Shown: one piece after another, positions 9,904-19,701 of the stretch
Layout: each line of letters starts with the position of its first letter
How positions within the stretch are numbered: position 1 is the first letter of the stretch
NCBI GenBank assembly: GCA_001513155.1
Contig: LFSR01000042.1
Span: forward strand, 16,961-80,960
Source of the DNA: Syntrophomonas sp. DTU018
Lineage (GTDB): Bacteria > Bacillota > Syntrophomonadia > Syntrophomonadales > Syntrophomonadaceae
Direction of reading: 5' to 3'
Length of the DNA: 64,000 bases
Translations under genes and position numbers: made by a program
Notes under the pieces: generated by a model
The model's database searches: none
What the model was told of the DNA's origin: nothing
Seen by the model: the letters and a program-made list of their open reading frames with translations, nothing else

Positions 9904-10182
9904 TCATCCCATCCTGTTTTTACGCTCCTCTTCCAGGGTTTTGACCAGCTCATCGTAGTCTTCCTGCAGTTTGTTCAATTCGTCAGCCAGATTCAAGGCA
10001 GTCAAAACCGCAATTTTGGTAGTGGATAGATGGATATTGCGCTGTTGCACCATCCGCATACGCCGGTCCACATAGGAAGCGAGCATTTCTATGTAGTCGG
10101 GTTCTTCATTACCCTTTACTACATATTCTTCGTTAAAAATTTGCACCGTAACCCTATTAATCTGCTCTTTTTTCTCTCCCAC
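9904..10182 (-). CDS. zapA: Cell division protein ZapA
   Basis: 92 aa with a ZapA-like sequence. Conserved Firmicute position upstream of polX-mutS2. Confidence 0.85.
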   Translation of the reverse strand: MGEKKEQINRVTVQIFNEEYVVKGNEEPDYIEMLASYVDRRMRMVQQRNIHLSTTKIAVLTALNLADELNKLQEDYDELVKTLEEERKNRMG

Positions 10183-10396
10183 TTACGAAAGGCCCCCTTT
10201 CACCAATAGGTATTATTTCTCCTATTTTTTCTCTTTTCCTTCATACTAGCAAACACCAGCATCTCCTCCGAACCCGTACTATATGTTTTTCATATAACAG
10301 TCTGTATTTCCCGTTGCCATTATAGATTAGAAAGCAATACACCCGGGGCAATCCCCGGGCATATTGCTATTCAGCGGAGGTGCGGTTGCAATATTG

Positions 10397-12319
10397 CTAT
10401 TTTTGATAAATATCCTCAATTTCCTTGGCAAAATTCTTGATAACGTTGCGGTATTTGACTTTAAGAGTAGGAGTTACTTCATCCAGGGTCTCCAGGAAAC
10501 GACGGTTGGAGATATGGTACTTCTTAATGGTTTCATAGTCCTCCAGGTGTTTATTGGCCTCGACTATATCCTGTTCAATAAGCTTGCGTACTTCTTCGTG
10601 AGAAGTAAAATCTTCGCCTACTTTTACACAAACCCGTTCGACACCTTCACCTTCGTAAACGATCTGGCTCTCATCAAAGGTGATTCCTTTGCTCTGCATT
10701 AAAGCCAGTATCTGTTCGAACTTGGGAACCACTATAGCAGAGACGAAAGGCCGGTCGTCGCCGATAGCACAGATCTGCTCAATATAATGGGCTGTGGCAA
10801 ATTTACTTTCCACTTTGGCCCGGGGCACATTTTTACCGGTGTCCAAAACCATGATGCTCTTTTTACGGTCCACGATCTTGTAATACCCATTGGCTACCTG
10901 CACTGCTATATCGCCGGTTTTGAAAAAGCCATCCTCGGTGAAGGCTTCTGCGGTAGCTTTGGCATTGTTGAAGTAACCCACAAACAGGTTGCCGCCGCGT
11001 ACCAGCAGTTCACCATCATCAGCTATCTTCTGTTCGTGGGTGTAGGTGGTAGGCCCAACCGAACCCGGCAATACGGCTTTGAGGTTGTTGAAGTTTATGG
11101 CATTCATGGTTTCTGTCAAGCCATAGCCCTCACAGATACGAATTCCCATGGCAGCAAAGGCTTTCCACAGATTAGGAGACAAGCTAGCTGAGGCTGAGAA
11201 GGATACCCGGAAGTTTTTGCCCAGCAAGCCTCTCACTTTACTGAATACAGCGTCATCCGCCCAGCGGTATTGCTCCTTTAAGTCCTCCGGCAGACCTTCC
11301 ATCAGATCCACGTCAAATCCCATATCAATAAAACCGTTTTCGTCAGCACGGGCCTCAACAACTTTGAGCCCAATTTCCATGGCTTTTTCAAAGGCTGCTT
11401 TGCCCTCAGGAGTTGATTCAGCGACATCACGGATAGCCATATAGATTCTCTCAAATATACGAGGTACGGAACAGAAAACAGTTGGTTGGAATATCTGCAA
11501 ATCGGCTACTACCGTCTGGGGTTTTTCCGCATAAGCGATAGTGGCGCCGCAGTTTAAAGCCTGGAATTGACAGCACTGGCGTTCATAGGAGTGGGATAGG
11601 GGCAGGAATGAGAGAAATACGTCTTCCCCGGTTACCATGTAGCCATTGTGAGCAAAATTGGCGTTGTCCACCTGCACAGCATTCATAATGGTATAGTGGG
11701 TATGAATAGCCCCTTTAGGTTCTCCGGTAGTACCAGAGGTATATATTATGGTAGCCCAATCCCATACTTTTATATCCTCGCAGGACTGTTCATAGGCATA
11801 GCGATTCTTATGGAGATAGCGCTTCCCTGCTTCCCGAACTGCGCTTAAATACATAAAGGCTGGATGGTCAGGCAGCGGAACCGATTCATCCATCAGAATT
11901 ATATATTCCAAAGTGGGCATTTCCGGCAGCCGTTCCAGAACTTTTTCGATGGTTAACAAATCCCTGACAAATAAAATCCGGGAGCCCGAATTATTGATGA
12001 TATATTCCATTTCATTAGCAGAAAAAGAAGGATAAATGGTTACCGTAACCGCACCGGTAGTAAGAATTGCCAAATCTGCCCATAGCCACTGGGGACAATT
12101 ATATGACATTATAGCCGCCCGATCTTGTTTTTTCAGACCCAGTGACATCAATCCCCCGCAGAGGTCTTTAACGATCATACCTACATCTGAATAAGTCAGG
12201 GAATCAGTTGCAGTAGGAGAGGTCTTGAACCACTGGCACCGCCGATCTGCATAACGAACTACTGACTCATTGAACATCTGGGGTATGGTACGAACTCTCA
12301 AGTGATCTCGCTGAACCAT
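10397..12319 (-). CDS. AMP-dependent synthetase / long-chain fatty-acid-CoA ligase
   Basis: AMP-binding box IIYTSGTTGEPKGA. Start ATG 12319 is preceded by AGGGAGGA; the tracked start at 12412 lacks an RBS. Confidence 0.85.
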   Translation of the reverse strand: MVQRDHLRVRTIPQMFNESVVRYADRRCQWFKTSPTATDSLTYSDVGMIVKDLCGGLMSLGLKKQDRAAIMSYNCPQWLWADLAILTTGAVTVTIYPSFSANEMEYIINNSGSRILFVRDLLTIEKVLERLPEMPTLEYIILMDESVPLPDHPAFMYLSAVREAGKRYLHKNRYAYEQSCEDIKVWDWATIIYTSGTTGEPKGAIHTHYTIMNAVQVDNANFAHNGYMVTGEDVFLSFLPLSHSYERQCCQFQALNCGATIAYAEKPQTVVADLQIFQPTVFCSVPRIFERIYMAIRDVAESTPEGKAAFEKAMEIGLKVVEARADENGFIDMGFDVDLMEGLPEDLKEQYRWADDAVFSKVRGLLGKNFRVSFSASASLSPNLWKAFAAMGIRICEGYGLTETMNAINFNNLKAVLPGSVGPTTYTHEQKIADDGELLVRGGNLFVGYFNNAKATAEAFTEDGFFKTGDIAVQVANGYYKIVDRKKSIMVLDTGKNVPRAKVESKFATAHYIEQICAIGDDRPFVSAIVVPKFEQILALMQSKGITFDESQIVYEGEGVERVCVKVGEDFTSHEEVRKLIEQDIVEANKHLEDYETIKKYHISNRRFLETLDEVTPTLKVKYRNVIKNFAKEIEDIYQK

Positions 12320-12425
12320 TCCATTTCCTCCCTTAATAAATATTACGATTAATAATAATTTTATCATATTCATAAGTAATTGTAATCTTGTCAAAATAGC
12401 TAAGTTTTTCAATAATTACAGCAAA

Positions 12426-12450
12426 CAAAAAAGCCTCCCTTTCGGGAGGC
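12426..12450 (-). terminator. Intrinsic terminator after the uridine-kinase-like gene
   Basis: GCCTCCC-GAAA-GGGAGGC followed by TTTTTTGTTT on the minus strand. Confidence 0.8.
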
Positions 12451-12463
12451 CCAGGAAGCAGGA

Positions 12464-14122
12464 TTAGCTTTTAAACCAGCTTCCGCCAATAAATTCTCGT
12501 AAAATGGAATTGGGCGGGATTACACTCCCGTCAGCGGGCTGGAAATAGCTCAGGAATTTTAACAACCGCTGGGCTTCCAGGTATTCCGGATTCTCCGGTC
12601 CTATTTCCTGCAATAACGGTTCGGCATAAGTCCTTAATACAGATAATTCATATACCAAAGAAGAATTAAACATCACATCCGCATGTTCCTGGAAGGGGAA
12701 TATATTTCGTTCTTCCCCTGCCCGCACTGACGGCCAGCGCCGGATGGTCTGCAAAGCTCCATAGCCGCGGGTCCGGCTATCGCGAATAATACGCCGTATC
12801 AAGCGGCTGTCTGTGGTTGGGATGCGGTTAGTATAATCAATATTCAGCGCGGTTAGAGCACTGACATAGATCCTGAACTTCTGGTCATGGGGTATTTTGG
12901 AAGTCAGCTCCTCATTGAGGGCATGAATCCCTTCAATTATTATGGGTTCACCAGGGGGTACCTTGATTAACAAACCTTCCTCCTCACAACAGCCCTTTTG
13001 AAAACTGTATATAGGAGTCAGGACTTCTTCCCCGGCAATAAGCCTTTGCAGGTGATCATTAAACAGGTCCAGCTTCAGGGCATAGAGAGATTCAAAATCA
13101 TATTCACCGTTCTCATCCAAAGGAGTTTCATCCCTGTTCACAAAGTAATTGTCCAGGGATATAGACACCGGGCGGCGGCCATTTACCCGCAGCTGAATCA
13201 GCAAGCGCTGGGCAAAAGTGGTTTTTCCCGATGATGAGGGCCCGGAAATCAATACCAGCCTCTTATGGGGATCCTGGCAGATCATATCAGCAATGGAGGC
13301 AATCTTCTTTTCATGGAGGGCTTCATTCACCCGGATCAAATCTTCTATCTGGTGGTTGGCAATTAACTCATTTAATGCCCCCACATGGGGTGTCTGCAGC
13401 ATATCGGCCCAATCCTTGGCCTCCTTGAAAACAGCGGCCAGTTTCTTCTGCTCAATATAGGGCTTGATTTCATAAGGGCGATCAGCCTCAGGAGTCTGCA
13501 GGATAATACCCGGCGGGTAGTGCAGCAGTCTGAAATTGTTAATCATGCTGGTACGGGGCACCATGTAGCCATAGGAATACTCATACCATCCATCCAGTTC
13601 ATAAACATGCACTACATCCTTCTGTCTGGACTGCAGCAGCTTTACTTTGTCCATCTGGTCCTGCTGCTCGAAAATCCGGCAGGCCTCCTCCCGCGGCATG
13701 ACTTTCCTTACAAAAGGCAGGTCCCGCTTCACCAGTTCCTCCATGCACTGCTGAAGCTTTTCTACTTCCTTTCGTTCCGGCTCATAATTCAGGAATTCAC
13801 AAAACAGCCCGTTGGAAAGGGAATGCCGAATTATCAGCTTGCGGTTCGGAAACACTTCCCGTACAGCTCTAGTCAATAAAAAAGCCGCACTGCTGCGATA
13901 CACTCTTAATCCTTGTTCTGTGTCCAGGGTAATCAAACGAACCTGGCAAGGCTCTGTGAAATTAAAACTCAGGTCTTTCAGTTCATTGTTTACGGCTACC
14001 GCCATAATGGGTACCTTAACCTGATCTTTTATTTTATAAGTCAGCTCCTCAGCAGAAGAACCAACCGGTACCGAGTATTCACCTAACCCCTCAATCTGAA
14101 TTACTATACTATCGTTCTGCAA
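12464..14122 (-). CDS. Uridine kinase/PRK-family P-loop protein with N-terminal TGS/ThrRS-like region
   Basis: P-loop LISGPSSSGKTTFAQRL. Probable TTG start at 14122 (GGGAGGGA 7 nt upstream), with 14140 as alternative. Confidence 0.7.
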   Translation of the reverse strand: MQNDSIVIQIEGLGEYSVPVGSSAEELTYKIKDQVKVPIMAVAVNNELKDLSFNFTEPCQVRLITLDTEQGLRVYRSSAAFLLTRAVREVFPNRKLIIRHSLSNGLFCEFLNYEPERKEVEKLQQCMEELVKRDLPFVRKVMPREEACRIFEQQDQMDKVKLLQSRQKDVVHVYELDGWYEYSYGYMVPRTSMINNFRLLHYPPGIILQTPEADRPYEIKPYIEQKKLAAVFKEAKDWADMLQTPHVGALNELIANHQIEDLIRVNEALHEKKIASIADMICQDPHKRLVLISGPSSSGKTTFAQRLLIQLRVNGRRPVSISLDNYFVNRDETPLDENGEYDFESLYALKLDLFNDHLQRLIAGEEVLTPIYSFQKGCCEEEGLLIKVPPGEPIIIEGIHALNEELTSKIPHDQKFRIYVSALTALNIDYTNRIPTTDSRLIRRIIRDSRTRGYGALQTIRRWPSVRAGEERNIFPFQEHADVMFNSSLVYELSVLRTYAEPLLQEIGPENPEYLEAQRLLKFLSYFQPADGSVIPPNSILREFIGGSWFKS

Positions 14123-14191
14123 AACATCGTCCCTCCCCAATAAAACCTGCCTTAATTATAACCGATATTGCCGTTTTTTTGAGGACGGCTG

Positions 14192-16291
14192 TCACATTTT
14201 TACATAGGTTTGGAGAAACTTAATGGCCTCTTCTTCCTGAAGGGGTTCACTGATCAAGTATCCCTGTATTCGATCACAGCTATATTCTTTTAAAAGCTGC
14301 ATCTGGGTTTCATTCTCGACGCCTTCAGCTACGGTAGAATGTCCCATTTTGTGGGACATGGAGATAATATCGCTGGTTATTGCTTTGCTGGGGTCTAAAT
14401 CCAGCAGTTTATCTATGAAATACTTGTCAATCTTTACGCAGTCGACAATTAGCTCTCTTTCCCTGGCCAGAGAGGAATACCCGGTCCCGAAATCATCTAT
14501 GGCTATATGGATCCCGGCATTTTTCAGCTCACCAAGAATGATATTAATGTGCTCATAATCTGATGCAAAAACTGATTCTGTGATTTCAATTCCTACATTA
14601 TTGGGATTAACCTGCATCTGTCTCATTAACTCAAACAGCCTGCCGGGAAAATCCGGTTGCAATAACTGAATGGCAGAAATATTGACGGAAACATTGATGT
14701 CACCATACCCCTGTTCTTTAAGGCGGTTCAAGAAACGGAATACTTGAACCAGTACTTTTTCGCCGATAGGAAGAATGAGTTTGGTTTTTTCGGCCAGGGG
14801 AATGAATTTAACCGGAGGAACCAGTCCCAGCTTGTCTGTTTTTAATCTGGCCAGGGCTTCAAAGCCCCAGACGGAGCCTGTTTTTAAATCTATAATCGGC
14901 TGATACATTACATACAGATAATCATTGGCTGGATTACCGGTTGCTACTGCGTCAAGAGCTTCCGCAACATCTCTTTCCCAGTTAACCAGAGCTTCCACTT
15001 CTTCGTCGTAGAAACGGATCTCAAATTCATTGCCAACCGGGTTGCCAGATCTTTCCGTAGTGATCAGCAGCCTTCTCAGCAGGGAATCAACATTCTCATC
15101 ACCCTGGTCCTGAGCAAATTCGACGATCCCAATCCCCCCGCCTATTCTTTCTGTTACAAATAAGGATTCTAGAGTTGCGGCAATCCGTTTGCCGAAAGTC
15201 GCCAGTTCACTTCTATCCCGGTAGTCAAAAATATAAAAAACAAAATGGTTCTCATGGATATGGAACAATAGGCGATTATCAGCGCATAACTGCAGGAAAG
15301 CTTCTGCAGTTTTTTTGATCAGATTCTGGGTATACTGGAAACCATAATTGACTGTCAACAGGTGAATCTTGCTCAAGTCAATGCCAATGAGGGCCTTTTT
15401 ACACTGTTTCTTCAGCTTGATATCCTTGTCCAGCAAGGACACTAAATAATCGCGATTATACAGTCCTGTCAATCTATCGTGCTCAGTTAGATATTTGCGT
15501 TCCATCTCCATTTGCATTCTTTCAGAGATATCCTGAAGAATACATATATGATTAACTTGGTCTTTCCCCATAGGAGAAAGGGCGGCGACGATCATAGATA
15601 CCCAAACCACTGAGCCATCGGGCTTAATAATGCGTTTTTCCATGGAGTAGTCCTTTATTTCACCGGCTTGTAATCTTCTGAAATTCTCCAGGTCTTCTTC
15701 CAGGTCATCAGGATGGGTTATCTTGGCCCAGCCTAATTTGACCAACTCTTCCTTGGTCCTGCCGGTAATCTGCTCATACATCGGGTTGATTCTCACAACT
15801 GCCTCGTCGGAACCCTGCGGGTACCAGTTATGAGAAATTGATATGCCCACCGGGGCCTGATCAAAGAGCATGTCAAAGGAAAGAGTCTGTTCAGCCAGTT
15901 TTTGCTTCAGGGCATGCTCAGCCCGCAGCAGGGCAGCGTGCACATCAATTCTGGCCTTTAAGGAATACATATGTATGGGTTTGCGTATATAATCTATGGC
16001 CCCGAGCTTCAATCCCCTGATTTCATTGTCCAGTTCATCATAATTAGTCAATATTATGATGCGAACATCCTGGTAGCGTTCATCCTTTTTCAGGGCTTCC
16101 AGCACTTGAAATCCATCCATACTGGGCATGTTCAGGTCAACGATCATTATGTTAATCCCCTCATGCTCCTCAAGCATGCGCATGGCTTCCACACCGTCGC
16201 AGGCAGTCAAAACCGTGTATTCGCTCAGCATATTTTTAATGATCAACCGGTCAGTGGCTGAGTCTTCAACAACCAAAATCTTAATCAGCAT
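14192..16291 (-). CDS. Response regulator: REC-PAS-degenerate GGDEF-EAL (c-di-GMP phosphodiesterase type)
   Basis: REC N-terminus (ILVVEDS...DLNMPSMDG). The GGDEF position reads HENHF. EAL motifs are intact (FEALARL, DDFGTGYSSL, AEGVE, QGY). Start 16291 overlaps the kinase stop by 11 nt. Confidence 0.85.
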   Translation of the reverse strand: MLIKILVVEDSATDRLIIKNMLSEYTVLTACDGVEAMRMLEEHEGINIMIVDLNMPSMDGFQVLEALKKDERYQDVRIIILTNYDELDNEIRGLKLGAIDYIRKPIHMYSLKARIDVHAALLRAEHALKQKLAEQTLSFDMLFDQAPVGISISHNWYPQGSDEAVVRINPMYEQITGRTKEELVKLGWAKITHPDDLEEDLENFRRLQAGEIKDYSMEKRIIKPDGSVVWVSMIVAALSPMGKDQVNHICILQDISERMQMEMERKYLTEHDRLTGLYNRDYLVSLLDKDIKLKKQCKKALIGIDLSKIHLLTVNYGFQYTQNLIKKTAEAFLQLCADNRLLFHIHENHFVFYIFDYRDRSELATFGKRIAATLESLFVTERIGGGIGIVEFAQDQGDENVDSLLRRLLITTERSGNPVGNEFEIRFYDEEVEALVNWERDVAEALDAVATGNPANDYLYVMYQPIIDLKTGSVWGFEALARLKTDKLGLVPPVKFIPLAEKTKLILPIGEKVLVQVFRFLNRLKEQGYGDINVSVNISAIQLLQPDFPGRLFELMRQMQVNPNNVGIEITESVFASDYEHINIILGELKNAGIHIAIDDFGTGYSSLARERELIVDCVKIDKYFIDKLLDLDPSKAITSDIISMSHKMGHSTVAEGVENETQMQLLKEYSCDRIQGYLISEPLQEEEAIKFLQTYVKM

Positions 16292-19200
16292 GCAAATCCT
16301 CCCCTGATCCCCAGCGGCCGTAGGTTTCTTCAACAGCCTTTAATTCCTCCAGCAGCCTTTTTAACAGTTTTGCAAAAATATCCTGCAATGGCCCTATCTC
16401 GTTTTCCCTTTCTTCCTCAAGAGCTTTCTGAAATGCCACAGCAATATCATAGAGAGATTTGGCCCCGATGCTTCCTGAACTGCCTTTTATTTTATGCACA
16501 ATTTGAGCGGCATCAGCATACTTCCTTTCCCGAACCGCAGCTGCAAGTTTATCCAATGTATCACGATTCTCATGGTAGTATTCTCTCAACACCTGACGAT
16601 AAAGCTCTGCATTGCCTCCCATGTTTTCCAGACCTTGTTGCTGGTCAAGAATGTAACCAGTCTTGCTTTCCTCCTGTCCCGCTTCCAGAATATCGATGAT
16701 GTCTTGCAAGAAGCCTTCGGGCTTAAAGGGTTTGCTTATGTAATGGTACATACCGCTTTGCGCGCATCTCTCCCGCACCCCCTGAACCACATCAGCGGTC
16801 ATGGCTACAATGGGAACATCATGGGACAGCTGGCGGATTTTTTCCGCAGCTTCGTAGCCATTCATGGTGGGCATGTGCAAATCCATTAAGACCAGGTCGA
16901 TGCTGTCTTTATGCTTTCTATACTGTTCAACGGCTTCCCGGCCATCGCTGGCTATAAGAGTCTCTATCCCGGCCTCCTCCAGGAGGGATTTGGCAATCAG
17001 CTGGTTGGTCTCGTTGTCTTCCACCAGTAAAACCCGGTAATTTTTCTCCGGTCTGGTCAGAGCCGATTCGTCACTTGCCGCAGGCTGGAAAGTAAAAATT
17101 GCATTCAAATTGAAAAGATCCATAATTCCATTAAACAATACCGAAGGTATGATAGGCTTCCTTATTCCCATGTCAATTCCATGCTGGTTAAGTTCATCGA
17201 ATAAATCCTCCCGTGTCATGGGCAAAAGCATGATAATCTTGGGCAGCTTAACAATTTTTTTATTGCTGCGTATGGTTTCGATAAACTGGAACCCATCTTC
17301 GGCCGGGGCATCGTAAGCAACTATAAGGAGATTGAAGGGTTCAGCAGACACATCATCCCCCTTTTCCAGCAGCCTGAGGGCACTGGTCTCTGAGCTGGTA
17401 AGCTCATACTGCATGCCAAAGCTGCTTAAGTAACCTCCAATTAAGTCCATATCGGGACCTGGTTTTTCCAAAACCAGAGTCTTTATCCCCTTTAAGTGCT
17501 CAGCCACCAGGGCTCTTTTATATGTCTCCTCCTTCTCTTTGTCCACGGTCAGGGGTAATCTGATGACAAAGGTTGAACCTTCTCCGGGGGTGCTGAATAC
17601 TTGTATCTCCCCACCCATCATCTCCACCAGGCTTTTGACAATCGACAACCCCAGGCCGGACCCTCCGAAGCGACGGTTAATACTGCTGTCACCCTGTTCA
17701 AAAGGTTCAAAGAGCCTGGTTATTTGTACCTGGGTCATTCCTATACCGGTATCCTTAACGGTAAATGAGATATGGTAGGTATCGGTCTCCCTGGCTATTA
17801 CGCGAATATCCAGGGACACTTCACCAGTACTGGTGAATTTGGCAGCATTGTTCAGAACATTGACTAAGACCTGTTCAATCTTTTTACGATCACCAACAAA
17901 CCAATTGGGTACCTGCGGGTCTTTGGTCAAGCGAAAACCGATTCCCTGCTCATCGATTTTGTAGGAAACAATATTGACTACCTCCTGAATCACCTGGTCC
18001 AGGCTAAAAGAGGTGGTTTCCAGCTCAACTTTGCCTGCTTCTATTTTGGAAAGATCAAGTATATCGTTTATGATGCTCAGCATGCTATCAGTCGCTTGTA
18101 TGATCCGGTCAATATACATTCTCTGGGTTAAGGATAACTCGGTCCTTTTCAGAAGGTAGGTCATGCCGGCTATGGCATTCAGAGGAGTTCTTATCTCATG
18201 GGACATCCTGGCCATAAAATTCGACTTAAACTCATTGGCTTCTTCTGCTTCCCGTTTAGCTGTTTCCAAAGCAAGCTGGATTTGTTTCCTATGGTGGACC
18301 TCTTTTTGCAGTCGGATAATCCAGAAAATAGATACAGCCAAAACAACGACGATGAACGCTCCCGCCATGTACAAAATATGCAGTACAGGTCCGTAGTCAA
18401 CATCGGTATTCAATTCAATCCACTTGTCGTTAATAGCCAGCTTTTCCCTCTCCGGAATCGAAGCCATAGCTTTATCAAAGATGCTTACCAGTTCAGGCCA
18501 GTCTTTGCGAACTGCAAAATGTAAGGCCTGTTGTTTCTCCGGCTCAAAAACAATAGTTCTGAGATTGTTCAAACCATAGGAACGTATGATGTAATTAGTT
18601 GTAGCCAGGTTACCGACAAAGGCTTTTTCTGCACCTGTGGATACAGCTGTAAGCGCTGCTTCCCCAGTTTCATAAAGGCTGAGATTAATATGAGGGTAAG
18701 ACAATAAATAGCTGTGATTGGAACTATTGCGCTGTACAGCTACAGTAAATTTTTCCAGATCGTCTATTCCCTTTATATCGGTATCTGTATCACGGGTTAC
18801 GATTACTCGCTTATAATAGTAATAAGGTTCGGAGAAGAGGAAGTGTTCTTCTCGCTCCGGGGTTTTGCTTATAATGGGAAGAGCATCAACTTCCCTCCTA
18901 ACTGCCTTATCATATGCTTCAGGCCAGGTTAAGCCTTTGGCAATTTCAAATTGCAAACCGGTTTTTTCGCTAATTAAAGCAAGGTAGTCGGCAGCGATTC
19001 CCTTATATTCACCACGCTCATCGATGAATTCAAAGGGCACAAATTCAGGATCAACCCCCAGGAGAATCACCGGGTGTTCTTTCATGAAAGCAAGTTCTTC
19101 CTCTGTCCAATTGAGGTCTTCAGCAGAAAAGCACGGAATAGCACCAGTTGTTAACAGGATTACAACTGCGTAAATAACGGCACTGACAGCTCTGTATTTG

Positions 19201-19292
19201 TTTCTTAATGCGCTGATCAGATGTTGCCAGCAACTGGTTTTCTTTTTTTGCTCACCATATCCATAATCATACTTCTCTCTGCTAACGAACAT
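16281..19292 (-). CDS. Hybrid sensor histidine kinase (periplasmic SBP_bac_3-like domain, HisKA, HATPase, receiver-like domain, REC, Hpt)
   Basis: H-box SHEIRTPLN, G-box GGSGLGLSIV, REC DLVLMDLHMPTMNG, Hpt HKIKGSSGSIGA. Confidence 0.9.
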   Translation of the reverse strand: MFVSREKYDYGYGEQKKKTSCWQHLISALRNKYRAVSAVIYAVVILLTTGAIPCFSAEDLNWTEEELAFMKEHPVILLGVDPEFVPFEFIDERGEYKGIAADYLALISEKTGLQFEIAKGLTWPEAYDKAVRREVDALPIISKTPEREEHFLFSEPYYYYKRVIVTRDTDTDIKGIDDLEKFTVAVQRNSSNHSYLLSYPHINLSLYETGEAALTAVSTGAEKAFVGNLATTNYIIRSYGLNNLRTIVFEPEKQQALHFAVRKDWPELVSIFDKAMASIPEREKLAINDKWIELNTDVDYGPVLHILYMAGAFIVVVLAVSIFWIIRLQKEVHHRKQIQLALETAKREAEEANEFKSNFMARMSHEIRTPLNAIAGMTYLLKRTELSLTQRMYIDRIIQATDSMLSIINDILDLSKIEAGKVELETTSFSLDQVIQEVVNIVSYKIDEQGIGFRLTKDPQVPNWFVGDRKKIEQVLVNVLNNAAKFTSTGEVSLDIRVIARETDTYHISFTVKDTGIGMTQVQITRLFEPFEQGDSSINRRFGGSGLGLSIVKSLVEMMGGEIQVFSTPGEGSTFVIRLPLTVDKEKEETYKRALVAEHLKGIKTLVLEKPGPDMDLIGGYLSSFGMQYELTSSETSALRLLEKGDDVSAEPFNLLIVAYDAPAEDGFQFIETIRSNKKIVKLPKIIMLLPMTREDLFDELNQHGIDMGIRKPIIPSVLFNGIMDLFNLNAIFTFQPAASDESALTRPEKNYRVLLVEDNETNQLIAKSLLEEAGIETLIASDGREAVEQYRKHKDSIDLVLMDLHMPTMNGYEAAEKIRQLSHDVPIVAMTADVVQGVRERCAQSGMYHYISKPFKPEGFLQDIIDILEAGQEESKTGYILDQQQGLENMGGNAELYRQVLREYYHENRDTLDKLAAAVRERKYADAAQIVHKIKGSSGSIGAKSLYDIAVAFQKALEEERENEIGPLQDIFAKLLKRLLEELKAVEETYGRWGSGEDLHAD

Positions 19293-19374
19293 TTTTATAA
19301 GCTAACGGGCAGGATATTTTGAGGTAAATACCGGCGTGTTCAGTGGTCATTCATCTGGAAGAAGAGTTAATTAT

Positions 19375-19408
19375 AGAAAAACACTGGGGCACCAATTACT
19401 CCAGTGTT
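19375..19408 (-). terminator. Hairpin + T-run in the pheT-kinase intergenic region
   Basis: AACACTGG-N13-CCAGTGTT followed by TTTTC on the minus strand. Confidence 0.5.
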
Positions 19409-19600
19409 GAATAGTTTAATGTTTTGGTGACCTCTATCCCTGTGTATTAATACCCAATACTTGCTGCTCTGTCCTTTACCTTTTAGTCTGCTTAAAATTT
19501 TCTATTGAGATTGATGAGAACACAATTTTTTGAGACATTGCGACATTTTCCTTCATGTTACCAGATATTTCTTTTTATAGTCAACCTTCCACCTTAACAC

Positions 19601-19625
19601 AAAAGAGGGCTTAATGCCCTCTTTT
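19601..19625 (-). terminator. pheST terminator
   Basis: AAAAGAGGGC-TTAAT-GCCCTCTTTT, 77 bp after the pheT stop. Confidence 0.7.
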
Positions 19626-19701
19626 GCATGACGGACCTTATCCGTTTTTAGCCGTGTCCTTTTATTATTCGATTTTGAGGAAAGTGATAACTGAGCATTT
19701 T

